Source: Eledone cirrhosa
Taxonomy: Eukaryota
NCBI GenBank assembly: GCA_964016885.1
Contig: OZ024742.1
Location: 33,480,001-33,544,000 of the forward strand
Length of the DNA: 64,000 bases
Direction of reading: 5' to 3'
Every line of letters starts with the position of its first letter. Within the stretch, counting starts at the first letter, position 1. The notes under the pieces were generated by a model. It saw nothing but the letters and a program-made list of their open reading frames with translations. It did not search any database and was not told the origin of the DNA. This document shows, piece by piece, positions 13,130-26,212 of this stretch. Made by a program: the position numbers and the translations under genes.

Positions 13130-14160
13130 GAAGACATGCATTCTTAATTGCATACTACAACATTATTAAATATCTCCATGTCATCTTTGAAAAAAAATAA
13201 CAAAAGCAATTATTTACAAATAATATTACACGTACACTGTTGACAATGACGTTCAGTGCAAGTCATCAATGGTTTTTTTAATGATATAATTTGTTTTATT
13301 CACAGTTGTATGAAAATCTAATAATATAACGTTTACAGAACAAAGGCACAAACAAATATAATATATACAAAAGAAAGGGAAAGGAAAAAAGAAAGAGAAA
13401 GCAGGAAATACACACATCTAGGATCACATACACTGGCACGCAAAAGGGGATGGACAACCGAGACGCTACCAGAGCAAAAGATAACAACATTACTAGGAGC
13501 ACTAAGAAACCTCTAATAATTATTGCCTAAAAAATTATAATTTTTTAGGCAAACCAGCATGCTCACAGCATTACCTCGGGTGATGGCGAGGCTGATGCTC
13601 TGGAACAACCAAGCGCCCTCATGAGCATCACCAGTTACTTCTGTTAGGTGGGCTGCCAGTGAAGATAAGAATCTCACAGTCAGTAGTTCAACTTCCCCAA
13701 ACGTCTCAACTGCCACAGGCTGGAAAATGTAGTTGGGCAACAGATCACGGTATTTGCTGCAGATGCTGTAGCTCTCACCCTTACTGCTGCATCCAGGATG
13801 TGTGAAGAAGCAAAAACTGTCACAACCGAGATAAGGCATCTGCCTTTTGATCAGGGGCACAGGGCAAGAACGTCAGTTCTTTTCCCATTAATTCTGGACA
13901 ACCCAGATGGTTCCAAGATTGAGGGGATGTTTGCCTGGGCCAAAGCTCTCTTGAAGATGAGGTTTAGCTCTGTGTAACGCACGAGGTGACTGGTATTCAG
14001 GCGGCAAGAATGACTGTGAAGTTGAGGAGTTTGCCACATCGAGACCTCAAACCCATACAGACGTCGGCTCCCACTCTGAGGGCAATGGAGATGTGAAGCT
14101 TGTCCAAGCTGAGTAGGTCACCAATGTTAGCCACGGGTAGGGCATCAACCCAGTCACCTG
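13130..14160 (-). mobile_element. CRE-like non-LTR fragment, second degenerate copy (duplicated at ~28600-29765)
   Basis: ELNLIFKRAL...LEPSGLSRINGKRTD...FQPVAVETFG. Confidence 0.72.
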
Positions 14161-14612
14161 AGTATTAACTTGGTCATACCCTGTTCATCTGTGGGGAAAC
14201 TCTGAACACCATATGTGTTTCTCTTGGCTATACCTTGGCTTTTTAGTAGCCTACCTGGATTTGTTTTTCCTTTTTGGAGTCTTTTAAGAGGGAGTGTCTT
14301 TTGGGGTTGACTAATTCCTTGCTAGTGGAATTTAATAAATAGAGACTGCAGAAGCCTATTGTGTGAGTATGTGTGTTTATGCTTGTGGCTGTGTCTTGTA
14401 AAGTAATAGTTCAACAAAAAGAGATCAATAAAATAAGTACCAGGCTTGAGAAATAAGTACTGGGGTCAGCATTATTGACTAAAAGAGTAAAAGGCAGTGT
14501 CCCAGTATAGCCAGTCTGATGACTGAAACCAGTAGAAGAAGAATAGAACTTGTTTTTTTTGCTGTTGTTGATCAATTTTTTTTAATGTATTTTATTTGAT
14601 AGATCTGTTACT

Positions 14613-14700
14613 ATGTTGAAATCAGTCATCTTCCGTGGAAAGACAGCAGGAATTCATGGTTTATGGAATTATGGAGTGATAAAACCAATGATATATAATG
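14613..14700 (+). CDS. ECHDC1: Ethylmalonyl-CoA decarboxylase copy 1, coding exon 1
   Basis: tttgatag|atctgttactATG, MLKSVIFRGKTAG...IYN+G|gt, phase 1 matching the next exon. Spliced length 305 aa. Confidence 0.7.
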
Positions 14701-15800
14701 GTATCAAATATCAACAATACTTCATTTATTGTATGTGTATGTGTGTGTTGAGCTTCCAGTGCCAGATGTTTCAGTTGTTTGATCAATAAAGTAGCCTACT
14801 CATGAAATTAATGTACAAATGACAGAGCATTCCACAGATTCAGAAAGACACACTGTGTGACATGGCTGGCTCTTTGAATTCCAAGTACAATTCATTTTCT
14901 CCAGCTGAGTGGACTAGAGCAATGTGAAATAAAGTGTCTAGCTGAAGGACACTATGTACTGCCAGAAATAGAACTCATGATCGTTAGTTGAACACTCTAA
15001 TCACATATTTTCATATTGATTACACCTACTGTATATATTCAAATATATCTTATATCATTTTCCATGAATAGTCTAACCCATGTTAGAGTGGAAGATGGAC
15101 GTTAAACGATGATGATGATGATGATGCAATGTGAAAAGCTAGCATGCGACTTATCTACTGCACCTACAAAACCCAATTAAATATATGGCAGACTGTAAAT
15201 GTACATAAAAGGAAGATGTGACTTGTGCATGAGGATACACAGCATAAATATATTATAATGTATATATATTATAATAAATGCTCGGATTTATTCCTTAGAA
15301 TCTTTCTTTGAGCTTCTTATACAGATGATATTGCACATGTTTGAGATTTTCTCAAACATGACATCTATACTTTTGAATGTAATATATATATATAGTCATG
15401 GGCATCTCATCTTTTTCTCTGGCATTGTTGTACCAAATGATATCATGATGGTTGGATGTTCAGCATCCTGAGATCAGCTTTCAGGACTTCTGCCCATATC
15501 TACTTCTTTCATTAGGATTTCTATTCTCTTAGATAACTCTGTGAATATATATATGTATAGGAGTAGGCATTGCCTTGTTAAGTAGTTTTCTTTGCAATTA
15601 TGTGATTCCAGATTCTCGGTACTCTGGCCAGTCTCTTCTAATACAACCTTGAGTGTGTCCAAAAAAATGTGCAGAAGACTGTCAGAGACCTTAAAAATGG
15701 TATGGGGAGGAGTCGTGGGTGTTATCCGGCCCTCTCTGACTATGTCATATAAATTTATAAATGTGTGCATATTTTGAAATCTTTTTAATTTGGTTTATAG

Positions 15801-15956
15801 GCTGCCATCACCTGTTTGAATCAGATTCTATCCCTGAAAATATTAGAATTAAATTTTCAAAATTGAGTGGAGGGTCAGTTGATTTGACAAAAGATGAACA
15901 CTCTGGGATTGCCCAAATTACTTTGAATCAGCCCCACCATAAAAATGCTTTATCAG
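15801..15956 (+). CDS. ECHDC1: Ethylmalonyl-CoA decarboxylase copy 1, coding exon 2
   Basis: ttatag|...GGSVDLTKDEHSGIAQITLNQPHHKNALS G|gtgagt. Crotonase N-terminus, phase 1/1. Confidence 0.9.
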
Positions 15957-16091
15957 GTGAGTGGATAAACTATCACTTTGCTTTTATCAATACAAATGAA
16001 ATTCAGGTATATCACTATTTTTTGGCACTCTTAGTTCTAGACCCATGCCAGATTATTTCTTCTGCCGGACTGAATAATAGTTCACTACAGG

Positions 16092-16368
16092 CAAAGGCCT
16101 TGTTTCAGGGAGGTAGCAGGGGACAAGTCCCCACCTCTTTTTCAAACGTCTATATTTTACTTTTTGTCTATTTGATATAATAAATTCTTTTTAAGCTTAT
16201 TTTTTTATATCTGAACTTCATTTGAATATATAAAATTTAATTAGCGTAAAATTTTGCTTATGTGATAGGGTCCCAGAAAGGCACCATAAGCAATACTAAC
16301 ATGCTCCTTTAAGAATCAACAAATGTTGGTTTGTCCCCCTCACATTTTTAAGGTAAACGAGGCTCCTG
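16092..16368. mobile_element. hAT-type MITE (duplicated at 31697-31973)
   Basis: 8-bp TSD actacagg and imperfect TIR caaaggccttgttt/aaacgaggctcctg. Confidence 0.8.
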
Positions 16369-17671
16369 ACTACAGGTATACTATGATGTTGAAAACGTTC
16401 TCCCTGCTCTGCAACTATTATATGAAGGCGTAAATGTTTAAAACTAAATCATATACCACACGCTAACTGCTGAATGTAAATTAACTAGTCTGTTGGGTTG
16501 CAGAATAGCATCTGCTCATAATCATGTCTAAATTAAAAGATGTGCCAGGTCATCAGCTGCTGGGAAATCAGAGAGCGTGAATCGAGAGATATGTACCTAG
16601 AGAGAAAAGGAACATCATTTGTTTAGAGAGAAAGAGAGAGAGAATGTGTGTGACAGAAAGAGGGAAAAGATAAGATCACTCTCATCTAGTAACAATAATA
16701 ATGATTTCTACTATAGGCACCAAGCCAGCAATTTTGGAGGAAGGGAAATCTATTAAATTGACTCCAGTGCATTACTGGTACTTTATTTTATTGATCCTGT
16801 AAGGAGGAAAGGCAAAGCTAACCTTGGCGAGATTTGAACTCAGAATGTAACTTTATACCTCACAGCACGTTGTCCGACGCTCTACTTATTCTGTCAATCA
16901 ACCAATAATAATGATGATTTATAACTTAGGCTCAAAGCCACATATTTATAAGGGAGAAAACTGTCTATTTCATCAATCCAGTATTTGACTGGTATTTATT
17001 TTTGAGCTGAACAGAGTTAACTCCAATGGAGTTTGAATTCAGAACATAAAAAGATGTATTTAAATATTGCAAAGCACTTAATCCAGCAATAGATTATGTG
17101 CTTTACAATAGATTGTGTTTAATCTATTACTAACCTTTAAGCCATATAATTTCGACATTATAAGTATGATTGTGAAACATAAAAAGAACAACAGGTTTAT
17201 TTTGGAGTGGCAGATAGTTGATTTCTTTCAACTCTTCTTTAATAACCTCAGAAAGTCTAAATGGTACTTCCCCTAAAATTATAAACTTTTTGTATCTTGT
17301 GAAAAGAAAAACCAGTCTATTCTTCTGTAATATATTTATAAATGAAAACATTTTTCACTTAATTGTGAAAAAAAAAAGAAGAAAAATCAGACAATATCTT
17401 GTTCAGTAGGCATTAACACTTTTAAAATGAATCAGCCCCAACTGCCTTTGTTTCTATGTAGGAATTAACACTTTTAATATGAACCAGCCCCAAACTGCCT
17501 CTGTTTCTATGAAACAAAACTACCCAATTTAAAGAATTCTTACTTTAAATTAAGACTTTCCACATAGTTTTATATAGGAACTTTTTCTCATGTTACAAAG
17601 ATCATCTTAACCCTTTAGCATTTAAATTGGCCATATCAAGCCAGAATTCTCTCCCCTCTTTCTGTTCAAAC

Positions 17672-18712
17672 TGTGTTTGTGGAAGGAAGGGGAGTTGGTG
17701 TTAATGTGTTCTTTAATTCAGAGATGCAATGGTCGCACTTGTCACATTCTAACCTGTATACCATGTAGGCAACAATTAGTGTTGTAGATAGGGCAATTGG
17801 CTAGGGTGCATCCGTTAGCTTCACTGGCAGGTTGTCTTGTGGATAGGGATCTCCACAGGGAAGGTCCTAAGTGAGCAAGTCTGATATTGAGGCCCTCTCT
17901 CCTGATGGCTTTGCATATGGCATTGGTGGTGTCTTCGCTGAGATGTGGGATCAAGAGGAAGCAACTATTGTTTGCGTTGGTCCGGTCTCTGGGTCTGGCG
18001 TTTCACTGTGGGGTGGAGAAGGAAGCTGAGCAACCATTGATCTCCAACATCCTGTGGAAGTGTCTAAAATGGGTGGCTCTATTTGTAAAGTCGCTGCATC
18101 GGTTGCATATGTGAGCCATTTTGTTAAAGATGTACCCTCTTTTAGAGCTGTTGGAGAGGGCAGATTTGTAGTGGACAAACAGGTCCTTGCTGGCTGCTTT
18201 GAGGTAGAAATCTGTGTGGATTTGACTGCTTTCAGAGATGCTTGCTGAAAGATTAAAAAATCCTGTTGCCATTCTCCTTGGAGGATGTGGGGATGAGCAT
18301 ATCGTCCACATATCTAGTGAAAAAAGCACAGGTATTGCAGAAGTTGAGTACTCGGCATTCAAGTCTGTTCATGTAGAAAATGGCCAGTAAACCTGACAGG
18401 CTGGATCCCATGGGAAGTCCAGAAGTCTGTTGGTAGGTTTAGCCCAGGAAGCTGAAGAAGGCGTTGTTGACAATGATGGATAGGAGCTACTGGATGTCAG
18501 TGGTGGTGAGGCCGAAACAATCCAGGTTGTTGGAACTGACACATTCAATGAGTATGTCCACAGCCGGGAGTGCAGGTACCAATGTTTAGAGGGATATTAT
18601 GTCTAGGCTGAAGGCACACCTGTTGAATTTGAGGGTGTTAGGTTCAAGTTGGTTGAATCACTGGATGACTTCATTCAAGCTGTAGATGTGGCCTGTGAAG
18701 GTTGTCAACATG
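17672..18712 (-). mobile_element. Penelope-like element RT fragment in the ECHDC1 intron (partly deleted copy at 32943-33715)
   Basis: Degenerate FSLD, YQQTSGLPMGS, RYVDD-like and YLKAASKDLFVHYKSA motifs, then a C-x4-C motif. Confidence 0.75.
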
Positions 18713-19731
18713 TATATAAATATATATATATACTGTATATATATATATCATCACTGTTTAACATCCATTTTTCTATGCTAGCATGGGTTGGATGAGCTGT
18801 CATATTGTGGGCAATGCCAGTTCAGGTGACCATACAGAACTTTTGGCTTCGTTTCTACAGTTGGATGCCCTTCCTCATGCCAGCTTCATTTACAGTGTGG
18901 GCTGGGTGCTTTTTGCCGTGTCGCCATCATGACCACTTTATAGTGTGGGCTGGGTGCTTTTTGCTGTGTCGCCATCATGACCACTTTATAGTGTGGGCTG
19001 CATGCTTTTTGCCATGTCGCCATCACGACCACTTTATAGTGTGGGCTGCATGCTTTTTGCCGTGTCGCCATCACGACCATTTTATAGTGTGGGCTGGAAG
19101 CTTCACTGCATGCATACTTCAGCCTGTCCTCATGAGAGATGTATGGGGGTGGGTGATGTGGCATGGTGCATGCTATATATATATGCTTCAGATTCAGCCT
19201 GTGGGAAGTTGGGTTTTCTGTATTTCTGTGTAATTGTCTCTGAAAATCAATTAAAGTTGTTTATTATTTTTCCAATTTACAGGGAAATTCGTATTTTCTG
19301 ACATGTTTACAAACCTACATATTAAATATGTATATATTTATATACACATTCGTTCAGTCTCAGTTACCCACTCTATATGAATACAGATATAATTTTATTT
19401 ACACTTCAGCTGCTAGCACACTTCTTTATATATATATATATTGACAGTAGCACTAGTAAAATGTTTAAGCATTATGGTGGTGTATATGAGAGCAGGTACT
19501 ATATATATACTGTAAACATATGAGAGCCTTACTATGAAAGAATTTTTTTTTGTAACGAAAAATGATTTATCTCTATTTTTCTCTGTAAACACATCATAGA
19601 TTTGCCAGTAGCCATCAAGAATGCCAGATAGTGCTGTTTCAAGATTCGTTAATCTTCCACCAGTGACATTCACTCAACCAGTACTCACACACAGTATATG
19701 TTTTCACATACAGCCCAATTATATATATATA

Positions 19732-20081
19732 CAGTTGTCCCCTGGTATTCGCGGGGTTACGTTCGTAGAGCACCCACAAAGAGTGAAAAACTGCGAATAT
19801 TGGATGTGATCCATAAAAATGCCTATAAACGTCAAAATATAATGTAAAATATAATAAAAAAAGAGGGAGCATCTTATGTGAAAGGGCATCCAATAGGCTG
19901 GCAAATATGGTATATTGCTATTAACAATTTAGTGTTAAAAAATTTATATCTTGCCACGAAAAAAATCGTGCAAGTTATTTACAATTCTGCAAATATGCAG
20001 TGGTTTCCACAAACAATTATTAGTTGGGTTCTAAGGAAAATTCTACAAATAACCGGCACCGCGAATGCCGGAGATACACTG
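19732..20081. mobile_element. Tc1/pogo-type MITE (duplicated at 34790-35139)
   Basis: TA TSD. TIR cagttgtcccctggtattcgcgg/ccgcgaatgccggagatacactg. Confidence 0.8.
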
Positions 20082-20215
20082 TATAAATCAAACAATTGAC
20101 TGATGCTAAATATTATAATAGGTAAAAGATTCTGTTAATGATTGCTGTCTCCTTAATAATTCACAAATATTTTAGGGAAACAAAAGATGTTTTATTTGTT
20201 TGTTTTTTCTTTTAG

Positions 20216-20889
20216 GAAAGATGATGTTAGACCTTTTTGACATCATTAATGAATTAGAAAACTGGAAATCTGGTAAAGGAGTGCTGCTAGCTGGTGCTGC
20301 AAATACTTTCTGTTCTGGTGGGGATTTAAAGACAGTTGCAATGATTGCTGATTGGGGTGAAGAAATGTCATCTATGATGCAAAAGGCTCTCACTAAATTT
20401 AGTAGACTTCCAATTATTAGTGTAGCATTAATTGAAGGACTTGCTTTAGGAGGTGGTGCTGAGCTAACCACTGCTTGTGACTTTCGAATTATGTCAAAGA
20501 ATGCAAAGATTGGATTCGTTCAAGTTCACATGGGTGTGGTAAGTGGATGGGGTGGAGGTACCCGATTAGTCAAACTTGTTGGGCCCACTTCTGCATTAGA
20601 TTTATTCAGCACTGGGAAGGTAATTAATTCCACAACTGCATTGGAAATTGGTCTTGTTAACCATATTGTTGAAGAAGGTGAAAATGTCATGGAAACAGCT
20701 ATGGAATGGTTAAGTAAGAGATGCCATGGCCATGTTTCTGTTACAAGATCAATCAAATCAATGGTGAGCTATGCTGATACAGAACATCTTCAGTCGTCTT
20801 TAAATCATGAAAGGAAACTGTTTTCAAATCTATGGGGAGGCCCATTATTCCTCGAAGCTCTAAAGAAAAATATAAAACATAAATCCTAA
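20216..20889 (+). CDS. ECHDC1: Ethylmalonyl-CoA decarboxylase copy 1, last coding exon
   Basis: ttttag|GKMMLDL...FCSGGDL...ALGGGAELTTACDFR...GWGGGTRL...LWGGP. Enoyl-CoA hydratase fold, ECHDC1-type motifs. Confidence 0.92.
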
Positions 20890-23800
20890 TGATATTTTTT
20901 AAAATGTTCATTGATTTTCATTTTTATTTAATTTATTATTTCTGAATGGACATTTTAAGAGAGAGACGATTTCATATATAGAAGGGAAACTGTTACAAAA
21001 AATTGTGTACAGCAGATAATGTATATATGTAGTTGTTTCTTGGTATGAAATTGGGTTGAAATATATTGTTGCATTTTGGGAGGTTCTTACTACCAACACC
21101 TCACCCACCAAAGTCCCAAGCCCACACTGTAGTGTGGTCATAATGGCAACATGACAAAAAGCTCCCAGTCCACACTGTAAAGTGATCATGTAGGTGTCAT
21201 GACAAAAAGCACCAAGTCCACACTGTAAAGTGGTCGTGTAGGAGTCACAAAAAAAGCACCCAGTCGACACTGTAAAGTGGTCATGTAGGTGTCACGAGAA
21301 AAAGCACCCTGTAGTCACTGTAAAAGTACATTCATATTGAAAATTGTCTGTTTTATAGAGTTTATAATATTTATAGATTTTGTAGAATATTTGAAGCAGA
21401 AATAGAAAAAAAGTGCATACATTGTGTACACTGAATAAACACATGATGTATACATGCATGAACAAATGTACAAGTGTATATCAACGGTATAGCAGAGGTA
21501 TTTTTACTCTTTTACTAGTTTCACTCATACTAAAGGGTTGTCATTTATGTCTATCCCTGTAACATTGTCATCATTTTTTAACATCGTTAACATCTATTTT
21601 TCCACATTTGCATGGGTTAGACACACACACACTCATATATGAGGTGATAAAGCTGACCTTGCACAATTGCACCTTTCAACGGTGATGATACAGGACCAAG
21701 ATCTCTGGCGTTATGCAGTAATACAGAAGACCCACTTTCCAATGAGCACAGGCTGAAGCATATATCTAGTATGCACCACCTTCACCTCCATCCCCCATCC
21801 ATACACCTCCCACGTCCTACCACACCGTCTCTCTCACGTCCATATACCCACCTCCTCAATCCCCACACACCTCTCCCACCAAAGTCCCCAGTCCACACTG
21901 TATAGTGTTTGTGATGGTAACACAACAAAAAGCACCCAGTCCACACTGTAAAGTGGTCATGTAAGTGTCACAACAAAAAGCACCCAGTCCACACTGTAGA
22001 TGTGGTTGGCATTAGGAAGAGCATCCAGCTGTAGAAACCAAACCAAAATCAGTTTTGTTTGAACAAGACATTGTCACCTGACCTGGCCTATCTCACAATG
22101 GGACAACTCGTCTAACCCATGCTAGTGTTGAATAATGGATGTTAAATGGTGATGATAATGATATTTGAAAATTGAATTGAATTGAGTTAATTAGCAGCTT
22201 TTATTGGGTCTTTTCACTAATAACGAGGCATAAAAAAGGATAAAGATCCGCTAATCCTTGTGGAGTCGTAGAGGTGCCGTCAAATGGCATGTCTAGGGCA
22301 CTTTTAAACCTGGTGGAGCCCAACCTTCTCCAGGTCTGAACACTGCCAACTTTTTTCTATAGAGGAAGAATCGACCTCAGTAGTGGACTGGTACTTTTTT
22401 TTATCAACCTCGAAAGGATGAAAGGCAAAGTTGACCCCAACGGGATTTGAACTCAGAGTGTGCAGTGAGGTGGGATGAGTAAGCGTTCTATCCGAGGTCT
22501 TAACAACTCTGCCAATTCACCGCCTATAACAGACAAAATGGGTATCCATTCTTTTTCTGCTATGTGGGCTTTATTAACTATTTTCTGTCATAAAAATTAG
22601 GGGGAAAGCTGCTGATTCAATTCAATTTTCAAATTCCAATCCCCACTGTCTTCTAAACAACATGTGATTTGTTTAAACAAAGACATACGCTCATGTATGT
22701 GTGTATGTTCTAGCAGAACTGGTCAGATCTAGAGGAGTAAACCTCAATAAATATCCAGCTTGTCTCATAGTTACTAATAGTTCATGCAACAACCATCAGT
22801 TTAATTGGATGACCTCAGCATCATGAAGACCAGTGGCTTCGCTGATGATGGGCAATTATTTCAACAATGGGTTGGCACAACTGCTCCAGTTAGTAGAGAA
22901 ATCTATGATTATGCAGGTGTGGCAAGCCACATATATTCTAGACATTAGAGAAAACAATGCTTCACCTTTGATGGATAGATGGCTTAAGAAGAAGAGAAGA
23001 AGTGTTTATGATGGGCTTCCACTCAGTTTGCGTCCACCAGTTTACCTGCCCAATGTGTCATGAAAAAGGACTGAACATGGAACCACATAGTTGTGAAGTG
23101 AGCATCTTACCCCCACAGCAATGCTTGCAAGGGTAAACTATATTGAATATCACATTATACCATCTATTGTATGGCTGGCTTGGAGGTTTACTGCAAAGAA
23201 GTAAGTCAAATGTAAGCATTCCTGATGAAGAACCTGGTTTGGAATGACAAGGTCAAGAACATCATCCTCATCATCATCATGTCTGCTTTCATGCTGGCAT
23301 AGGTTTGACAGGTCATCAAGCCAATTTTGCTGATATATTCCAACAACTTTACAGAGTGTATTGGGTGCACTTTATCGTGACACCAACAATACCACTTTAC
23401 AGAATGTACTGTGGGCATTTTATCATGGCACCAGCATGATAATATACACCCACTACATTCTGTAAGATGGTAGTGATGGATAAAATGCACTCAGTACACT
23501 TTAAAAAAGCCAAATTCCTCAAAATGGAAGAGATATTGATGTAGCAAAACCCCTTCTGGCTCAAGCATATAAAAAAATAGAGCATCTTTATTTAACAAGA
23601 CAAATACTCTACTCACAGCTGCCAGTATAACTTTAGGTTAACATTCAGATAAATTGAAAAAGAAAAGACAAGTGAGAGAAAAAAGGTATGGAATTTTATC
23701 TAAATTTCTGAAATGAAAAGTTATTACTAGTACATAACATGGTGATTTACAGAGAGAAGAGGTAATACTGTATGGTGGTAAAAGGGGATGTGTAGGTGTC

Positions 23801-23903
23801 TAAGTTGAGTTGAAGAGGAGGAGTAGGATAGTCCGGTGGATTGGCAGTATTGGTAGAGGGTCAGACGCTATGCACGGCCCTTTCCATTCTGAGTTCAAAT
23901 CCC

Positions 23904-25675
23904 GTTATCTGAGCATTTGTAATGTTATTTATGTATATATTTAAAACATATTTGTTATGTTATTCTACTGTAAATTTATTTATATGCTCTGTTTATATTT
24001 TCATTCTGAAAGAATTGCAAACGATTTGTAATGTTATTTATACGACTGTGAATAAAATTAGTAAGATCGCTCATTACAGTGTTTGTGGTTTGATAGATAT
24101 TGTTGGGAAATGTCGTAATCTATATATATAAAACTGTGGTTGTCTGTCTGTCTGTCTATCGATTTTTGGCACACATCTCCTCTTAGAATCTCTCACGGAA
24201 TTGCACCGAAATTGCTATACTTGTACATTGAGCCCTAGCGAAGACATCGGAAAAAAAAAATTTCAAATTGACCCACCCTATGTGACGAAATCGAATATAA
24301 TGTATCGATTTTTGAGCGTAAGTGATCAGTTATTTCCCTTTGTTCTGTTTACATTGAGCGTCTGCGTGCAAAAATTAAAAAAATTACGCTGGCTTTCTCA
24401 GCGTTTAAAATGACATTAACACAATACACGATTTAAAGACTACGTAAAACAAGCCTTTTAAAACAATATTTTTACTTGAAAATAAGTCTATTTAAAAACT
24501 ACTTAAAACAAGCAAATATTTCGTAAAAAAAAGCAAAAATTATATAAGTTTATATAAAATATATGTATCTGTAAATTTCGTTAGGCGTGCAGACAGACAG
24601 TCGTGCAGAGAGGTGATATAGGCGTGCAGACAGACAGTCGTGCAGAGAGGTGATATAGGCGTGCAGACAGACATAACTGATAATTTGGTTACGCTAATGT
24701 TTTTCTCTGCGTTGCAGTGTTTACATTTTCGATCTTTGTTAATAAATAACCAGTGCAGTTTTTATCCCCAGCATCCTCTTTTGTTATAACATTCGGGTTA
24801 TCGTTATGTTTTCTTAACTTCATAAGGCATATTGTTGGTTGAGGGAATATTAATCAAAAACACCACATGCAAGTCTGCACAGTAGACATTACAGTTTTTA
24901 AGCCAAAAAAGAAACTTAACATTGTAACTTTAACACAGCTACTGAGCGACCCCGAGCAACGCCGGGCTTTACTGCTAGTTAGTTATATTCTTATTTCAGA
25001 ATTAAAAACTAAAAATATATTTAAATATATATATTTTTTAACATTAAAATGTATTAAACAAATTATTCACCCCAAAATAGCTTCGTTGTCTTCAACAGAG
25101 GTCGATTCCAAAACATCGATAAAGAATGAAAGGTTAACTTAAATTAGGTGTGATTTTACTTTTGAATCGGCCGAGGGGAGAATAAGCTAATCTTGAAAAT
25201 TTATATCAGCAACATTCACTAGAAAGGTTCAATTTATTGTTATTAACATCCTTATTAAAATTATTAAATAGGCGCGTTGCGATCATCAACAAATAAATTT
25301 CATAAAAGCAACGAAACTGGTATAAACTCACCACGGTTCGTAAATTAGATTTATCTTACCTGGATCTTACCACGATCAGTAAATTGTATTTATCTCTCTT
25401 GGCTGGCAGCTCTATTGTCAACGAGCACTTGCAGAAGCACGCACCTGAGTTAGAATGACTATCTCAACGCCCCGAGCTCGCTTTCCTCCAGAGTTACTGG
25501 TTCTCTTCTATTGTCCTGGACATTCAAGTAGAAACGTGACCTGAAAATTTCAACTATTTATGTAAACAAAAACTGCAAACATGTATCTATTTCAAATTAA
25601 TTGTCAATGCACATAAACATTTCTGGTGATAGTCAGTCGCTTGATCGAGTAAGTTACTTTACACAATTTATACAT
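23904..25675 (-). repeat. Inverted copy of ~11499-12443 (putative promoter region), interrupted by a Helitron
   Basis: 23904-24118 is the reverse complement of ~12241-12443, and 24979-25675 is the reverse complement of ~11499-12240. Confidence 0.92.
24119..24978 (+). mobile_element. Non-autonomous Helitron
   Basis: 5' TC, 3' hairpin cccgagcaacgccggg then CTAG. Inserted between A and T with no TSD, compared with the empty site at ~12240. Internal ~37-bp tandem repeat at 24582-24673. Confidence 0.9.
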
Positions 25676-25677
25676 CA

Positions 25678-26210
25678 CTAGCAGTGGTACCCAGCGTTGC
25701 ACGGTATAAGGTATTTTGGAACGCGGGCCGCTAACAGACCTAATCGTGGAAAAACTGCATACCTGGACAATATGTAATGAAAATAAACTGAATACTCTGA
25801 TGGCTGGATAATCTTTAAGATTTTCCTCGATGAAGCAGGAAAAATGCAGGTTTTCACCTAATGCAGGCCCTAGGGGATCAAGAAAATGAGTTTTTTTTAT
25901 GTGCATAATATGCCTTGAAATTTCGGGAAAATCGGCTAGACGTAACGCCTCCAAAAAGCCCTAAAAGCTGAAAATATGAAGGTTTTCACCTAAAGTGGGT
26001 CCTAGGGGATCAAAAAGTTGAATTTTTTTGTGCATAACTGAAATATGAGTAATACACATGTAAAGTTTGAAAAAAGTTGGTTGGGTACTTCTCGAGTTTT
26101 AGGGATTCAAACTCACAGACACACAGACAGACATCCTCAGGGAAGTGACGTAATGCAGACAGCCAGACATACAGACAAATATTATAAGGGCGCGACGTTA
26201 TATGTATGCA
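25678..26210 (-). mobile_element. Helitron-like element, 3' end at left
   Basis: Reverse complement ends ccgtgcaacgctgggtaccactgCTAG|t. (CAGA)-like microsatellite near the other end, and an internal ~60-bp duplication. Confidence 0.7.
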
Positions 26211-26212
26211 TC

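Larger units (their letters stand above)
13125..23800 (+). repeat. Tandem segmental duplication unit A (ECHDC1 coding exons)
   Basis: Runs from agaaagaagacatgca to taggtgtc. Collinear with 28593-39986 and gives a duplicated ORF track. Confidence 0.95.

Noticed and set aside
14516-14535. ctgatgactgaaac hammerhead-like core
   Set aside because: No room for stem II. It is a variant of a common SINE 3' tail motif.
15474-15770. 98-aa minus-strand ORF identical in both duplicates
   Set aside because: The identity comes from the duplication. No recognisable domain, and it is probably a decayed LINE piece.
18805-19233. His/Cys-rich repeat ORF (CRHHDHFIVWAG)n, also at 33815-34291
   Set aside because: It is the translation of a 42-bp minisatellite within an RTE-tail repeat in an intron.
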